Below the pieces are notes generated by a model that did no database searches, was not told where the DNA came from, and worked only from the letters and a program-made list of their open reading frames with translations. Below are positions 1 to 11,585 of a DNA stretch of 64,000 bases, piece after piece. How positions within the stretch are numbered: the first letter of the stretch is position 1; each line of letters begins with the position of its first letter. Origin of the DNA: Coniocarpon cinnabarinum (Eukaryota); contig JAVECO010000016.1 in NCBI GenBank assembly GCA_051942205.1, forward strand, positions 1-64,000, written 5' to 3'. Made by a program: the position numbers and the translations under genes.

Positions 1-1
1 G

Positions 2-790
2 ACCCAAAGCAACCCCCCAACCCACCTAATCCTCAGCGCACTCCATCTCTCTCCCCAAGATCCGCAAGATATAACACTAAACGACGATCCCGTGCTTTCC
101 CCTATTTATGACGATCTCTGGTCCCAAATCCACACCCTCCAAGCCTCAGACATCAAAGTTCTCCTCCTCCTAGGCGGCGCCGGCTCAAAAGCATTCACCC
201 TTTTCGAAACAGATTTCGATTCTTATTATCCACCTTTATTACAACTCCTACGCGATTCAGCCGTCGATGGGATCGATCTCGACATCGAACAGCCGTTTCC
301 CAGTTTCGTCTCACTCGACACAATTCTACGACTTCTATCGTCGCTTGCAGCAGACATGGGTGACGACTTCATCATCACAATGGCGCCCGTAGCCACCGAC
401 TTCACACTAGGCCGCGGCCTCGAGCCCATCGCCTGGAATTACAGCACCCTTGATTCCGCTGCAAGCAGTAATTCCAGAGAAAACGGCAAGATCGTGAATT
501 GGTACAACGTTCAATTCTACGACGGCTACGGAGACGCAAGCTCAAGCGGGATCTATAACGAGATCATTGCTGCGAAGTGGGATCCTGCACGGATCGTGAT
601 GGGCATCGCTGCTTTCAATCTCGAAGGCTGGCAGCGCTTGGAAGTTTATGAAAAGGTGATCAACGAGTTGAGAGATGATTATAGTGAGTTTGGGGGTGTG
701 GATGGGTGGGAGTATGGACTTGCGGGTGTAGACGATGGAGTGAATCGCGAAGAATGGGCACGAAGAGTCGGAGAGGCGGTGTTTGCGTAA
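2..790 (+). CDS. GH18 chitinase-like glycoside hydrolase, 5'-truncated by window edge
   Basis: Frame is open from base 2 (TQSNPPTHLILSALHLSPQDPQDITLNDDP...). Contains KVLLLLGGA, the catalytic DGIDLDIE (DxDxE) motif, WYNVQFYDGYG and FGGVDGWEY. Confidence 0.85.
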   Translation, partial: TQSNPPTHLILSALHLSPQDPQDITLNDDPVLSPIYDDLWSQIHTLQASDIKVLLLLGGAGSKAFTLFETDFDSYYPPLLQLLRDSAVDGIDLDIEQPFPSFVSLDTILRLLSSLAADMGDDFIITMAPVATDFTLGRGLEPIAWNYSTLDSAASSNSRENGKIVNWYNVQFYDGYGDASSSGIYNEIIAAKWDPARIVMGIAAFNLEGWQRLEVYEKVINELRDDYSEFGGVDGWEYGLAGVDDGVNREEWARRVGEAVFA

Positions 791-1440
791 AATGATCTGG
801 TACGCTGCACTAATCGGATGAACAGAGATCCAGGGCAGTGCTGAAGCAAACACGACTTCGAGGCTGGTGAAAAAGAAACGCCAAGACTGCCGCGTTGTCC
901 AGACCGGGACGATTGGGAAGAGATGCATGGTCCAGATGCCGAGTGTTGGGGACTGGACGTACGGAAGGTGATGGGCAAGCTCATCCAGGGATGCAGAAGT
1001 GATCCGAAATCTGCCCCACCAGCGATCAACAAAACGCAATCTACAATAGATGAACCCTCAACCATGAACCAACCCCTCAGCAAACAAGCACGAGACGCGG
1101 CAGCCAAGTCTGGGCCAGACAGGGCGAAGCAAGCATCAAGGCCTGTCACAAACAGGGGAACAAAAAGCGCGCACGATCCCAGTCAATGTGTCAAATGATA
1201 TGTATTCAGTGCTATGCACATGCATGTATGCGAGCAATGAGAAAAGAGACCCCGGTCCTCTCCAAGCACTTTGGAACGAGGACCGCTCCCACGCTTCACG
1301 ACGCCCCAGAATGCTGGCCAATATGCACCACTCGCACATGCGCGCCGCGTCGCTCAATGCATCAATCAATAACTCCATCCATGCGGACCGACGCAAAGGG
1401 GGTATCTTCGCGGTGATCAACCAATGTCCCAAACACCCGT

Positions 1441-3909
1441 CTAAATCGACAACACTCGTTTGCCGTGGTAGATGGCACATTCAATGCCCACTTGCCTCAT
1501 CCGTTGAGCGCCCTTGCCTGCGGGCGGACGTCTCGTCTCTCCTCGTTCTCGCTTCTTCTCTTCTTTACGGCAATACTTCTCGTAGAACTTTTGACGGCGA
1601 CGTAGGCGTTTCTTCTCTAAACCTTGCACAATGTCAATCGCGCCGCGAGAGTAGCCAAGCCTGGGGGTTTCCTTGGCAGTGTCTTCGTCGTCTTCTTCCT
1701 CGCCTGCACTCTCAGGTTCCGGGGCCGGAGCAGCAAAAGGGGCCCGTTTATAGGCGAATGGGTTAGGCGATCGAGGAAGCGACGCGGTATGTGTCAACTG
1801 CGGGCGCTGGCCGAGGAACGCCGTGCCAAAAGCCAGCGGCTTGACGTTGATGGGCGATCCACGTCGACTGGGTGGCGGTGATTTTAGCTTCGTCGGCGGC
1901 GGCGAACGCATACGACGTGGCGAATGGCCGAACAGCGCCCGTGGCGGCGGTGAGCAGAGCCGCAGGCCCTTCTTAGCCGTGGCCGACCTGGCTTTGGCGG
2001 ACGCCGCTGCTGCTGCCTTCATTGCGCAGTCAGAAGCCGGCATCGGCGACTTGGTCCGCTTGGCCGCCAGCTTGACTGTTGGCGCGGGCGACTTAAGGCG
2101 CGACGGCGTGCGCATTGGCTTGGGTGACTTGACACGCTTGACGCTTGCTGTTCGAGGTGTACTGGAATGCGGGTGTCCACGCGAAGACTCGGAGGACGGA
2201 AGATACTTGGGCTCACGACGACGGCCGCGAGGTTCCTCGTCTGGCTGGTCGTCTTCCTCATCGTGGTGATGGAGATCTTCCAACCTGCCATGAGGTAGAA
2301 TATCATGCTCGTCATCTTGCGCCCCGACTGCCGCGAAATCGTCCTCCTCCTCTTCGTCTTCGAGATCCATTGGCTCGTCGGGGAACGTCGGATCGATGTC
2401 CTGGGCCCGGTTGGTGGTCTGCCGCGCTAAACGACGCTTTTCGAGACTAAGCACGTAAGCTTCCTCGAGTGGCTTGTCTTCGTCCAAGGTCCCGCAAACA
2501 AAGTCGGTGCTATCAGGCAGTTCGGGCGATGGCGCACGGATTGGAATTGCCTTTGGCTTGGGTTTGGACTTTGACTTGGCGAACATCATCGGCAAGTCTC
2601 GGCGTTGAGGCGACATGAGCGAATTCAATGAAGATGCAGATCCGCGGTGCATGGCTGGAAGACGAATAGCATCACCAGGTGCCATTCTGGCTTGAACGGG
2701 TGATGACCTTCGCGCACTCCACCAATCATAGTCGGAATCATTGTCAGACTCGTCGTCGGATTCTGCGAAGCCCTCTTCATCATCCGTCTGAAACCCGGCA
2801 TCGGATACTTGATCGTCATCGTCCGAATCCGGGGCATCATCTTCCAACTCTTCCTCTTCAAGGGCTTCTTCTTCGGCTTCTTCGCCAATTTTTTGAATGT
2901 CATGCTCCTTGGCGAGAGTGTCGTCAACCGTCAATCGTGACTTGTGACAAGTCGATTCTTTCACCCAGTCGTCCAACTCACTGTCACGACGTGCGAACTC
3001 GTAGAAACGGTTTTCTTGAGGTTCCTCACGGTCGAGCTCCATGGAAGCCCTTCGTCGCGGTTCCATTGGAGGAACCTTTTTCATAGATTGAGGGGAGACA
3101 TTCTTCACGGTGGTGTCAGAGTCACGATGTGGTCGACTTCGTTGCTGCTTCAAAGGCGACGGTGAGCCAGTGCGTTTCGGTGGCGGGGGACTGGCGTGAC
3201 GAGCAGGCCGCTTGAAAGGGCCAGACTCGTTTGATGATAACTTCGAAGGGCAGATGAACCGAAGCGCGCAAGGACGTTTGGGCGCCACCTCGGGCTTCGG
3301 TGCTGGTTCCTCGATCGGGGCACTGGTGCTGATCGGTGGCTCTGTCGACTTCTGCTGCTCCTGTCGACCACACGCAAACATGATGCATCTCTTCCGTCCA
3401 AGCTTCTGTTCAATGGTAGGCGCAGGAACAGTCGTAGGAGACGTTCCAGTTGAGTTTAGTCCATGGCCGGTTGAAGCTGATTGGTGAGGTGCCGCACTCT
3501 TCTCCTCGGCAGATCGCCCAGCAACGCCACCGACTGGGAAGGAATATGTCTTTTGTGGCGATGTTGGGCTACTGATGGAAGCCTCATCGCTCATCAGATC
3601 CGTACGGGCACTCCAAGTGCTGCAGGTCGATGACCGAGAGGTCTGGCGTCGGAATGTGCTGCGAAAGCCGAGGCTCTCGTCGTGGGATTCGGAATCGGTA
3701 TGAAGAGCTTTGGTGAGAAGAGACGGCCTCCGGGAAAGGGCGGCAGGGGCTGGAGTCGTCTTCGCGAAGCTGTGTGATGGATGATCAGGGGGTTCATCAG
3801 CTTCACCGGCGTGTTCGTCTTCGGATATGGAGGGCATCGTCATTGCAGTGGGCTGGGGTGAGTTGGCCGTCGGACCTGAGATCATGCCGTGATGTTGATG
3901 ATGGGCCAT
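1441..3909 (-). CDS. Conserved fungal low-complexity (Ser/Pro/acidic-rich) protein of unknown function
   Basis: Single long ORF with first ATG at 3909 (MAHHQHHG). Blocks PDSTDFVCGTLDEDKPLE and RGAIDIVQGLEKKR resemble an uncharacterised Pezizomycotina family (recalled, not searched). Confidence 0.8.
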   Translation of the reverse strand: MAHHQHHGMISGPTANSPQPTAMTMPSISEDEHAGEADEPPDHPSHSFAKTTPAPAALSRRPSLLTKALHTDSESHDESLGFRSTFRRQTSRSSTCSTWSARTDLMSDEASISSPTSPQKTYSFPVGGVAGRSAEEKSAAPHQSASTGHGLNSTGTSPTTVPAPTIEQKLGRKRCIMFACGRQEQQKSTEPPISTSAPIEEPAPKPEVAPKRPCALRFICPSKLSSNESGPFKRPARHASPPPPKRTGSPSPLKQQRSRPHRDSDTTVKNVSPQSMKKVPPMEPRRRASMELDREEPQENRFYEFARRDSELDDWVKESTCHKSRLTVDDTLAKEHDIQKIGEEAEEEALEEEELEDDAPDSDDDDQVSDAGFQTDDEEGFAESDDESDNDSDYDWWSARRSSPVQARMAPGDAIRLPAMHRGSASSLNSLMSPQRRDLPMMFAKSKSKPKPKAIPIRAPSPELPDSTDFVCGTLDEDKPLEEAYVLSLEKRRLARQTTNRAQDIDPTFPDEPMDLEDEEEEDDFAAVGAQDDEHDILPHGRLEDLHHHDEEDDQPDEEPRGRRREPKYLPSSESSRGHPHSSTPRTASVKRVKSPKPMRTPSRLKSPAPTVKLAAKRTKSPMPASDCAMKAAAAASAKARSATAKKGLRLCSPPPRALFGHSPRRMRSPPPTKLKSPPPSRRGSPINVKPLAFGTAFLGQRPQLTHTASLPRSPNPFAYKRAPFAAPAPEPESAGEEEDDEDTAKETPRLGYSRGAIDIVQGLEKKRLRRRQKFYEKYCRKEEKKRERGETRRPPAGKGAQRMRQVGIECAIYHGKRVLSI

Positions 3910-6261
3910 TACGAGGGTTGCGTTTCCAACAAATATCCTTCTGTCTATTATAATCAAGAATCCAGCTCTCTATTACGGGTCGATAAGAGTTCGTAATGCG
4001 TTATGAAAACCAGTATGTCGTGAAACGCTGAAACGTGGATGGCGTGAGACAGGCGGCAAATCGCCCGAATCGAGGTTGTGAGTGGAGATGGGAGTCCCTA
4101 GGGACGCAAAGGACTATAACGTTGTTCGTGAAGCCATGCTGAAAAGACCCAAGAGTCGTGCACCGGAGCGCAGAGAAACGATTTGATGCGTTTGATGCGG
4201 CGGCAAGCGCCTTGTGTTGCTTGGTGTAGAAAAGGCGGGATGGCGCTGACGCGAGGGGCGCAGAGACAGAGCCGCGAGGCGAAGAGTAGACAACCGTGCT
4301 TAGGAGCACGGGGAGGCAATGGAGACCTCCACTGGAGCTGTCGTTGAGCTCGAATGGAGGATGGGAGGGTGGTGGAGGATATGAAAGGGCAGAAGTGTGG
4401 GCGAGACAGAGGGAGGAACAGAAGGAGAGAATGGGGAAACGCGGTGTAGAAAAGCGAGGTCAGGCGATGTGGAAGGTGGGATTGCGCCAAGCGGCGGAAA
4501 CAGGAAGTGGGTGATGCGTTGCGCGAGGATCGTGGAGTGCCGAGCGCCGAGAAATACAGAGTACCTACTGGTGACTGATGACACTTTACAGCCCCCAGCA
4601 ACCAAGCATCGAGATCAATGGCGTGCAGGGCTGCTTGCTAATTCCCTTCAACTGTCCTCTGCGCCCTCCGCCTCTCGTCAGTTGCGCCGCAGCCCCCGTC
4701 CGTCTCATGTATCATGACCAGTCTGCGTCAGCCGCCCGCTGCCCAGCGCCTTGTCCATGCGCATGCTCCCCGGATCTGCGCTGCTTCGGCGGTTTTCCAT
4801 CTGGGCGCCCAGCGCTGCCAGCAGTCCATCAGGAAATTATATCGACAAGACGTGCACCAAGGATCCGTCGAGTGGGTCACACACACTGCGACTCCACGCC
4901 GCGTCCTGGTGCGCCCAGTGGGCATGGACATGCCCCTGCGAAAAGGCGCAGCCCGCTCTCGTGCGCTGCGCGTATACAAGCTCTGCTGTGATGCCAAACT
5001 CCCGTTTGGCTAGGCATCTCAAAATTCACCCAGACGTCCCAAGAGTAAGCTGGCCTCCGGCCGCACGCAGCGCGCGCCGGAGCTCTCGCACTACATCATC
5101 ACCAATGCTCTCAACGCGCCAACGGGGCCGCCCCTTTCGTCATCGGCCGTTTGCCCAGCCACCCGCTGTGTAATCCGATCGACAGGATTTTCGTCGCACC
5201 CAAGACCATCTGGAAAACCCTGGCAAGCTGCTTACTTGGCACCTCCGTGACGCTCTCCGAGGCCCGGAGCCTGGTGCACGTGCGTGATGCCAGCCGAGAC
5301 CGTCGCAAACAATGCTGCCTCTGCTTGCAGCAGCCCATGTCCTGTTGTGTTGCAATCTCTTCAGATGATCCATTCACTTTGCCAAGCCTTACCGCGTCTA
5401 TCCGCCTATTACCAGGGCGTGCTAGGAGTCGTTGTTGCAAGCCAAGACCATCCGGCTGCGGGCTTTGGAAATTGTTTCACTGCCGTCGCCTTTTGCGAGA
5501 TCTGCAGCACTGATCTTGGCCTGTAGCAACAACGGCAGGGGCCGCCCTGTTGATTGAGCTCTTCAACTTCTTGCGCAACCGATTTTAGACATTATCATTT
5601 GTTTAAAGATGGAAGAGAGGATCCATCTCAGCTCGGCGCCGTCTCCGCACCATCTTCACATCATGGTTACGATGAGGTAACATCTTAGTGTTGGTGGAGC
5701 CAGCTTGGCTGCGATTCGGGTCTAAGCTTCATCATTCACCGCTTGGGCGCATCAACGTCGGGAAATAACGAGTTTGACACAACGGACGATGCAGAACATC
5801 TTCGTGTGTTCTCAAAATCTCATGTACGGAGCTAGCCAGCTTCACAGGCTGTTAGTATTTAGTCCTCGAGTGGCGAGAGTGCAGAAATCATAGAACGCCA
5901 GTAGCACCAGCAACAACAGTAATGATTTGATTTTGCTGAGTCTCCAGACGAGTGCTGTTGCTGTGAGTGCGGGGAATGTCGCCGGCGGTGAAAGAAAGTG
6001 TTGGCAAGCACGGGACCGCCTTGAAGACGGGAAACACGGCGTGAAATGAGGACCGAGTGTAGATATGTATCCCACCCTGCCTGATTTTTCATCCCAAGCC
6101 CAACATGGGTCACGTGTGCGATGAAATGGCACAGACGCGTCATCATTGGTCCAACCTCCAAGTCAAGGAGCCCAAAAGTACATTCAATCAACCGCATCTT
6201 GAACCTTCTATCATCGTCGAGCTATACACTTGACTCTGTCTCTTAGTAGAGTCCGCAGATA

Positions 6262-6708
6262 ATGACTTCATCCCGAACATCTACAGAAAAGTCGCCCATG
6301 GATGGTGGCCGGACTGAGGGAGTCCGACATTTGTCCCGCCGAAGGTCCCAATCATCCTCTGTCGCTTCAGATCGACCCATCTATCTTGCCCGAAAAGAGG
6401 AGACAATATCTTCCGGCGATCCCTACGATGACATCGAGTATGACAGTGAAGACGAACGCTTTCTCATGGAGCTGAAGGCCAAGCCGACACGTTTTCAAGA
6501 GTGGACGAGCAAAGCTCAAAGAGCGTTCGGTGCCGCAGCTGCATGCATCTTGATATTTGCAGTGTGCATGTGGTTGCTATTTGGGTTGCCCAACTATATG
6601 GCCTCTAAATCGAAAGATGCGTGGGGCACATACGAGGACCCGAGGATGAAGACGGGCATGGGGAGGACGATTAATTCAAACTGGAAGCGGCCTCCTGGTG
6701 CGCATTGA
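6262..6708 (+). CDS. Hypothetical small single-pass membrane protein (148 aa)
   Basis: ATG-initiated ORF with a hydrophilic N-terminus and one hydrophobic segment (AFGAAAACILIFAVCMWLLFGL). Confidence 0.6.
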   Translation: MTSSRTSTEKSPMDGGRTEGVRHLSRRRSQSSSVASDRPIYLARKEETISSGDPYDDIEYDSEDERFLMELKAKPTRFQEWTSKAQRAFGAAAACILIFAVCMWLLFGLPNYMASKSKDAWGTYEDPRMKTGMGRTINSNWKRPPGAH

Positions 6709-7930
6709 AGCGTGGTGAACAACATCACGTGGGCCTTGATGAATATGTGCATTGATCAGCACCTTTCATCGTGAATTCGAGGATCACGACAGGCACAACA
6801 GTAGTCTCCCCAGGACCCGCAGGATCACTCCTTCGAGATGGAAAAGCTGCCGATGTCATCATCGATGGATTCAACAGGTCGTCTAGATGCCGCATTAAAC
6901 GACGTCAAGATTCTGCGACATGAACAAAGATCTCTCGAATGCATGCATGGATGCTCTTGGTGGTCATAAGATTGCATAAATACTGAGCAATGTCCTCATT
7001 GTTGTGGCGAATCTTGTAGATACAGATCAACGAGCTACATTCCAGAGCTTTGGAGTGAGGGCTGAACGGCGGACTGTAAAACTCCACCTAGGGTGAAATT
7101 GCTTCCTACAGCATAAGGCTACAGTTTGGAAGTGGAGGAGCGTTTCGCGGTCACTGACCATACGGCCCAGACCCGATATGTCTTCATGCAAGAGGTTCTT
7201 CCCGTGGTCTTGTGCCTGGCTGTACTTGCAAGAATACTTATCCCATGTCTTCAACCAGAATGCGGCGTCGAGGATCTATTGCCGAGCGGAATACACGAGC
7301 GCAACTCATCAATCATTTGCATCAAATGGAAATCTTTCCACGGGGAATGAAACATACAGCGCATGTACGTTTGAGCACCCTATCATCTAAAATATTCATT
7401 AAGTTCGGTGCCTCTTCTTGAACCTAAAGCGAAAGCTACATCTAGTACGAATGAATCGAGCGCGTGCGGAGTAATCGTTTAAAATCTAAGGAGCTATGTG
7501 GCAGCGATGCTACATGACAGGACAAACGAGGCGCGAAAGGGCGCTCGCAATGCTATGTTGCACGGCAAGGGTCAGGGACAAAAGTCGTTGCCGGATCTCG
7601 GTCTAGGCGACGAGCCTGTACAATTCGGTTTATAAGTCTATGAGTACACCGGCGAAAGCCCTCTACAATGCACAAAATGCTGAATTGATAGGCGGCAAGT
7701 ACTTTTCTGCTAGACCCTTGCGGTTTGCCCGTGCATATTTGCCGGGGCTCGTCGCGATGCCATCCTTGATCTCATTTCAACATGAACTCTTCATCATGAC
7801 CAGTGGAATTAGGTAGACGATGGGTGATGGATGGAGGGGCTGTGGCTGTGCTGGGAAGAAGTGGCGGTGTAGGAGTCTGCATGGCGCTAGGGCTAGGATG
7901 TGATCGTGTCCTGGCAGAAGGACAGTGTCC

Positions 7931-8110
7931 AAATTTTAGGACTATCTACCCTTATAAGACACGGAAGCAGGCACGCCCCAAAGGCCCTAGGAGCTAGCGG
8001 TGTACTTCTCTACACACTCTCTAGAATATAGCGCCTACGGCCCTTATAATATATCGTTCGCTCGGACACTTCTAGGGAATCTATCAGCTTCCCCTTAGAG
8101 TTACGAGCGA
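7931..8110. other. Short RIP-like mutated repeat relic
   Basis: Manual count gives about 20 TpA but only 1 TpG in 180 nt on the + strand. Confidence 0.4.
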
Positions 8111-8506
8111 GCTCGGACCATATGAACCTTACCTTGATGCACCCCCGTAGCCCTTGCGGTTTCCGTGGTGACGTTTAGGAAGCGGCACTTCCTGGCTGCA
8201 CGATGCGCAGGGCTCCACTATTGGAAAGTTGGCGCATTACTGTCTCCAGCTCGTCCACTGAGTAACTGACTTGCGTGGGCCGATCCCAGAATTCCCGGAT
8301 GTCCACAATTCTCTCGACACCCACACAGCCGATGCACTGCACCGTGCAAGTCTAGGCGTTGCCCCTCATGATAAACATCCCGAGTCTGAGACATTTCAAA
8401 AGATCAGGAACGGAAGCCGGAGGCTGCTGGTTCACTCAAGGTCTACAGCTCCTGAGCGGCCTCAGTCTCTCCAGCTCGGATCTTTGGGTGTGACGGAGTC
8501 AACACA

Positions 8507-10988
8507 ATGGCGCAACCATCTCTTGCGCCTGCTGGAAGCAGCTCCTACTCTTCAGACACCACCCATGTGGGGGATGGAACATGGGATTCGAGGTCGGACA
8601 CCTTTCTACTGCCAAACATAATGGGTCTAAACTTTGATACTATGCGATACAATGGCAAGTCTAGTCCGGTCCCAAAATGTGGAGTCATCGACGTGGGCAA
8701 GTGCTAATGTCCTGTAGGCATGGGCAATCGGTTTCGACAACTAGACGGCTACAAAGCGTTGGTCACTGGTCATGCTGTTCTTGCCGCTATCACATTTCTC
8801 GCCATTGTACCGGCTGCTATACTCACAGCCAGCTTCTATCATCGAAATCCATACGCAGCCTTGCGAATCCACATCAGCCTACAGATATTCACTGTCATCT
8901 TGACGACAGTGATTTTTGTACTTGGCTATTTTCAAGTGGGTCCGGAACGGAGCCTCACGAATCCGCATCACGGTATTGGTCTTACTCTGTTCTTGCTTGT
9001 TCTGGTACAGGCGTTTGGCGGATGGATCATTCACCGGCTGGAGAGAAACAAAGTGCGATATTACATTCCTATAAGACTAATGGTGCGTTGCTGCGATCGA
9101 TACCTATGGAATTACTCTCACTGACCGCAATCAGCTGCATCAATGGCTTGGACGAGGCATTGCACTTCTTGGATTCGCTCAGATACCTATCGGCCTCACA
9201 CTCTACGGCTCACCTCAAATCTTGTTCATTCTGTATGCGCTATGGATGTTTGCGCTCCTTGTCCTATACTTCATCCTGGTGCATCGAAATCACAAGCGGG
9301 TCGCGCTTGGAATAGAGCAAGACGAGCGTGAAAGCTATGTCAGCGCTCCACACACGGAAATAAGCGAATACCAACAGGATACGGGACCACAACGCCGACG
9401 AAGACGGCTTGAAGAAGCGGCAGGCGCAGTCGGTCTCGGTGCGGCGTTGACGGCACTTCGACGGAGATCCTCAGGCAGACGAAGAGCACCTGACGACTAC
9501 AGTGACGCTGCTAGCACCGTACCTCCAAGCCAAGCGCCTACCGCCTCACGAGTCACCGAAAAGTTTACAGATTCAGAATATAGTTCTGAGCCCCGAAGGC
9601 GGACGTGGCGCGACCGGTTACTTGGTCCAGGTATTGCTCTTGGTGGACTGGGAGGTCTTGCTGCTGGTAGAAGGTTGTTCCAGCGACGCAGAGAGCGTGA
9701 CGATATCAGCGATGAGGGTACTGAATATGCACCACCTCCTCTTGGAGGCCACGTATCTCAGAGTAGCCTTGACCGTTTAGAAGCAGGGGGCTCATCATTA
9801 CCACCAGCACCACCACCAAACGATCGGTGGCGATCGGTAGAAGAAAGGGAAAGAGCTCAAGAAGCAGCGTTGCGGCGCGGTGAGGCTCAGTCGAGACTAA
9901 GCGATGAGTCGTATTCGTCCCTAGGACCTGAAAAGCCGCGCCCACGATCCAGCAGATTCAACTTCCCAGCATCACTCGGCGCGTTGGCAACAGCCGGAGG
10001 CATCGGATCGTTCTTCAAGCGGCGAAGAGAGAGGCGTGAAGACGATCGCATTGCCGCGGAGCGAGCACAAGAACATGAAAACGAAAGACTTTACACAAGC
10101 CCAGGCGGACGACCGCGCTTCACCGCAGATGGCACTCCCCGACGGACAGGCCACTTCAGTGGACCGCCAACTCCCATCACAGAACGCACGGAAAGTCCAG
10201 AGCGGAGCCGCATAGGTGTGTCGAATACCGGTTCTCCAGTGCACCGTAGTCGTCGCGCCAGCCACGCTTCCACCATGGAGCCATACTCTCCAAGCGCGGG
10301 CCGTGGTCCGCGAGTACCCATCCCGCCTCCACCACAATCTCGAGCTGGGTCGAGGCCACGGACAGCGCAATCTCACAACGTCTCACCCTCCATCGCCCAC
10401 AGCTCTCCTGGGCGCCAACACCGTGTCATAACTGACAGTGTTTCGAACTTGAACACCACAACCAATGTCGTTGACCATGGACCAGCAGTTGACACTCCAG
10501 CTGCAGCCACAGCTACAAGTGGGATACTGTCACCGCCTCATCCTCCATACGCCCACGGGCGCAGCCGCTCTCAATCGGGCTCGCCGCAGGACAGTAATGA
10601 AAGCCCCGTGGCGTCGGTTAAAGTTCGAATGGGGAACGACGGCCGCCACGTGACTCTGAGAAGATTGAACGAAGAAGAGGCTGCACGCGAGCGGGCTGCA
10701 CGACGCAGTGAAGGGCGTCGAGATGACGGTCATTTCCGCCGAGCGCAGACACCGGCCGCCTCGCAGCAGCCAAGTCCCTTGTCCTTACCACCGCAGCAAA
10801 CTCCCGGTGTTAGTCCGCCGAGCGCGCTGGGAGCAGCGAGTCAAGGCACGCAGGCGTACGACACGGGCACTGACGTGACTGATTTCGAGAACAATCGACG
10901 GCGACGACGTGCAGAGCGAGCACGCGCCGACCAAACTCGAGCAGCACGAAGGACAGGAGGTGGGACAGGTCACGTTGAATTTACATGA
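8507..10988 (+). CDS. Cytochrome b561/ferric reductase-like transmembrane domain protein with long disordered C-tail (3 exons)
   Basis: Exons 8507-8654, 8718-9082 and 9135-10988. TM helices carry spaced His residues (GHAVLA, RIHISLQ, NPHHGIG, LHQWLGR). Intron 1 is GC-AG. Confidence 0.8.
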
Positions 10989-11585
10989 AGCAATTCATTA
11001 CGGCAGTTGTCATTGCTAGTACAGAGTTTTCACGAGTTACGGTAAGATCTGTGCTGAACATCATGGCGTGGCGTTGGGATCCAGGGCAAGGTTATTTCTG
11101 CATAGCGATGATGATGATATGGTGGATGTTTGCTGTATAATACACTACATGCATGTCTACTAGTCTGTGTGGACCCCAGCACTCATTGCGAAGAAGATAT
11201 TGTTGTAAAATCTACTGTGAGCCTTAACCTGGTGTCAGTGGCGGTGCTGTATCAGATGAATAAGTGTGGCGCAGTGTCTGGAAGCAGGGTCAGAGAGTGG
11301 CAATGATTGGCCAATTGGACTTCAGCGATATCGTTACGGTTGGCGCTACTCGATCACCTCTTCCCAGCAGCTCCAAGGTATACGCATCAGCATCGGCCAG
11401 CCTCGACCTGCTCTTTACTATTGCCTCCCTCTTTCCTCTTTGCCTTCTTCTCTGTCATTTATCATCCCATCCTATACCTTTCAAAATATCAACTAAACGG
11501 TCATTCCGGCCCTTCCCTATCCTCCGTAAACCTAGGACTTAGTCAACCCCTTTGGATCTCTCCCAGGCGCTTTGGAATTCGCCGG

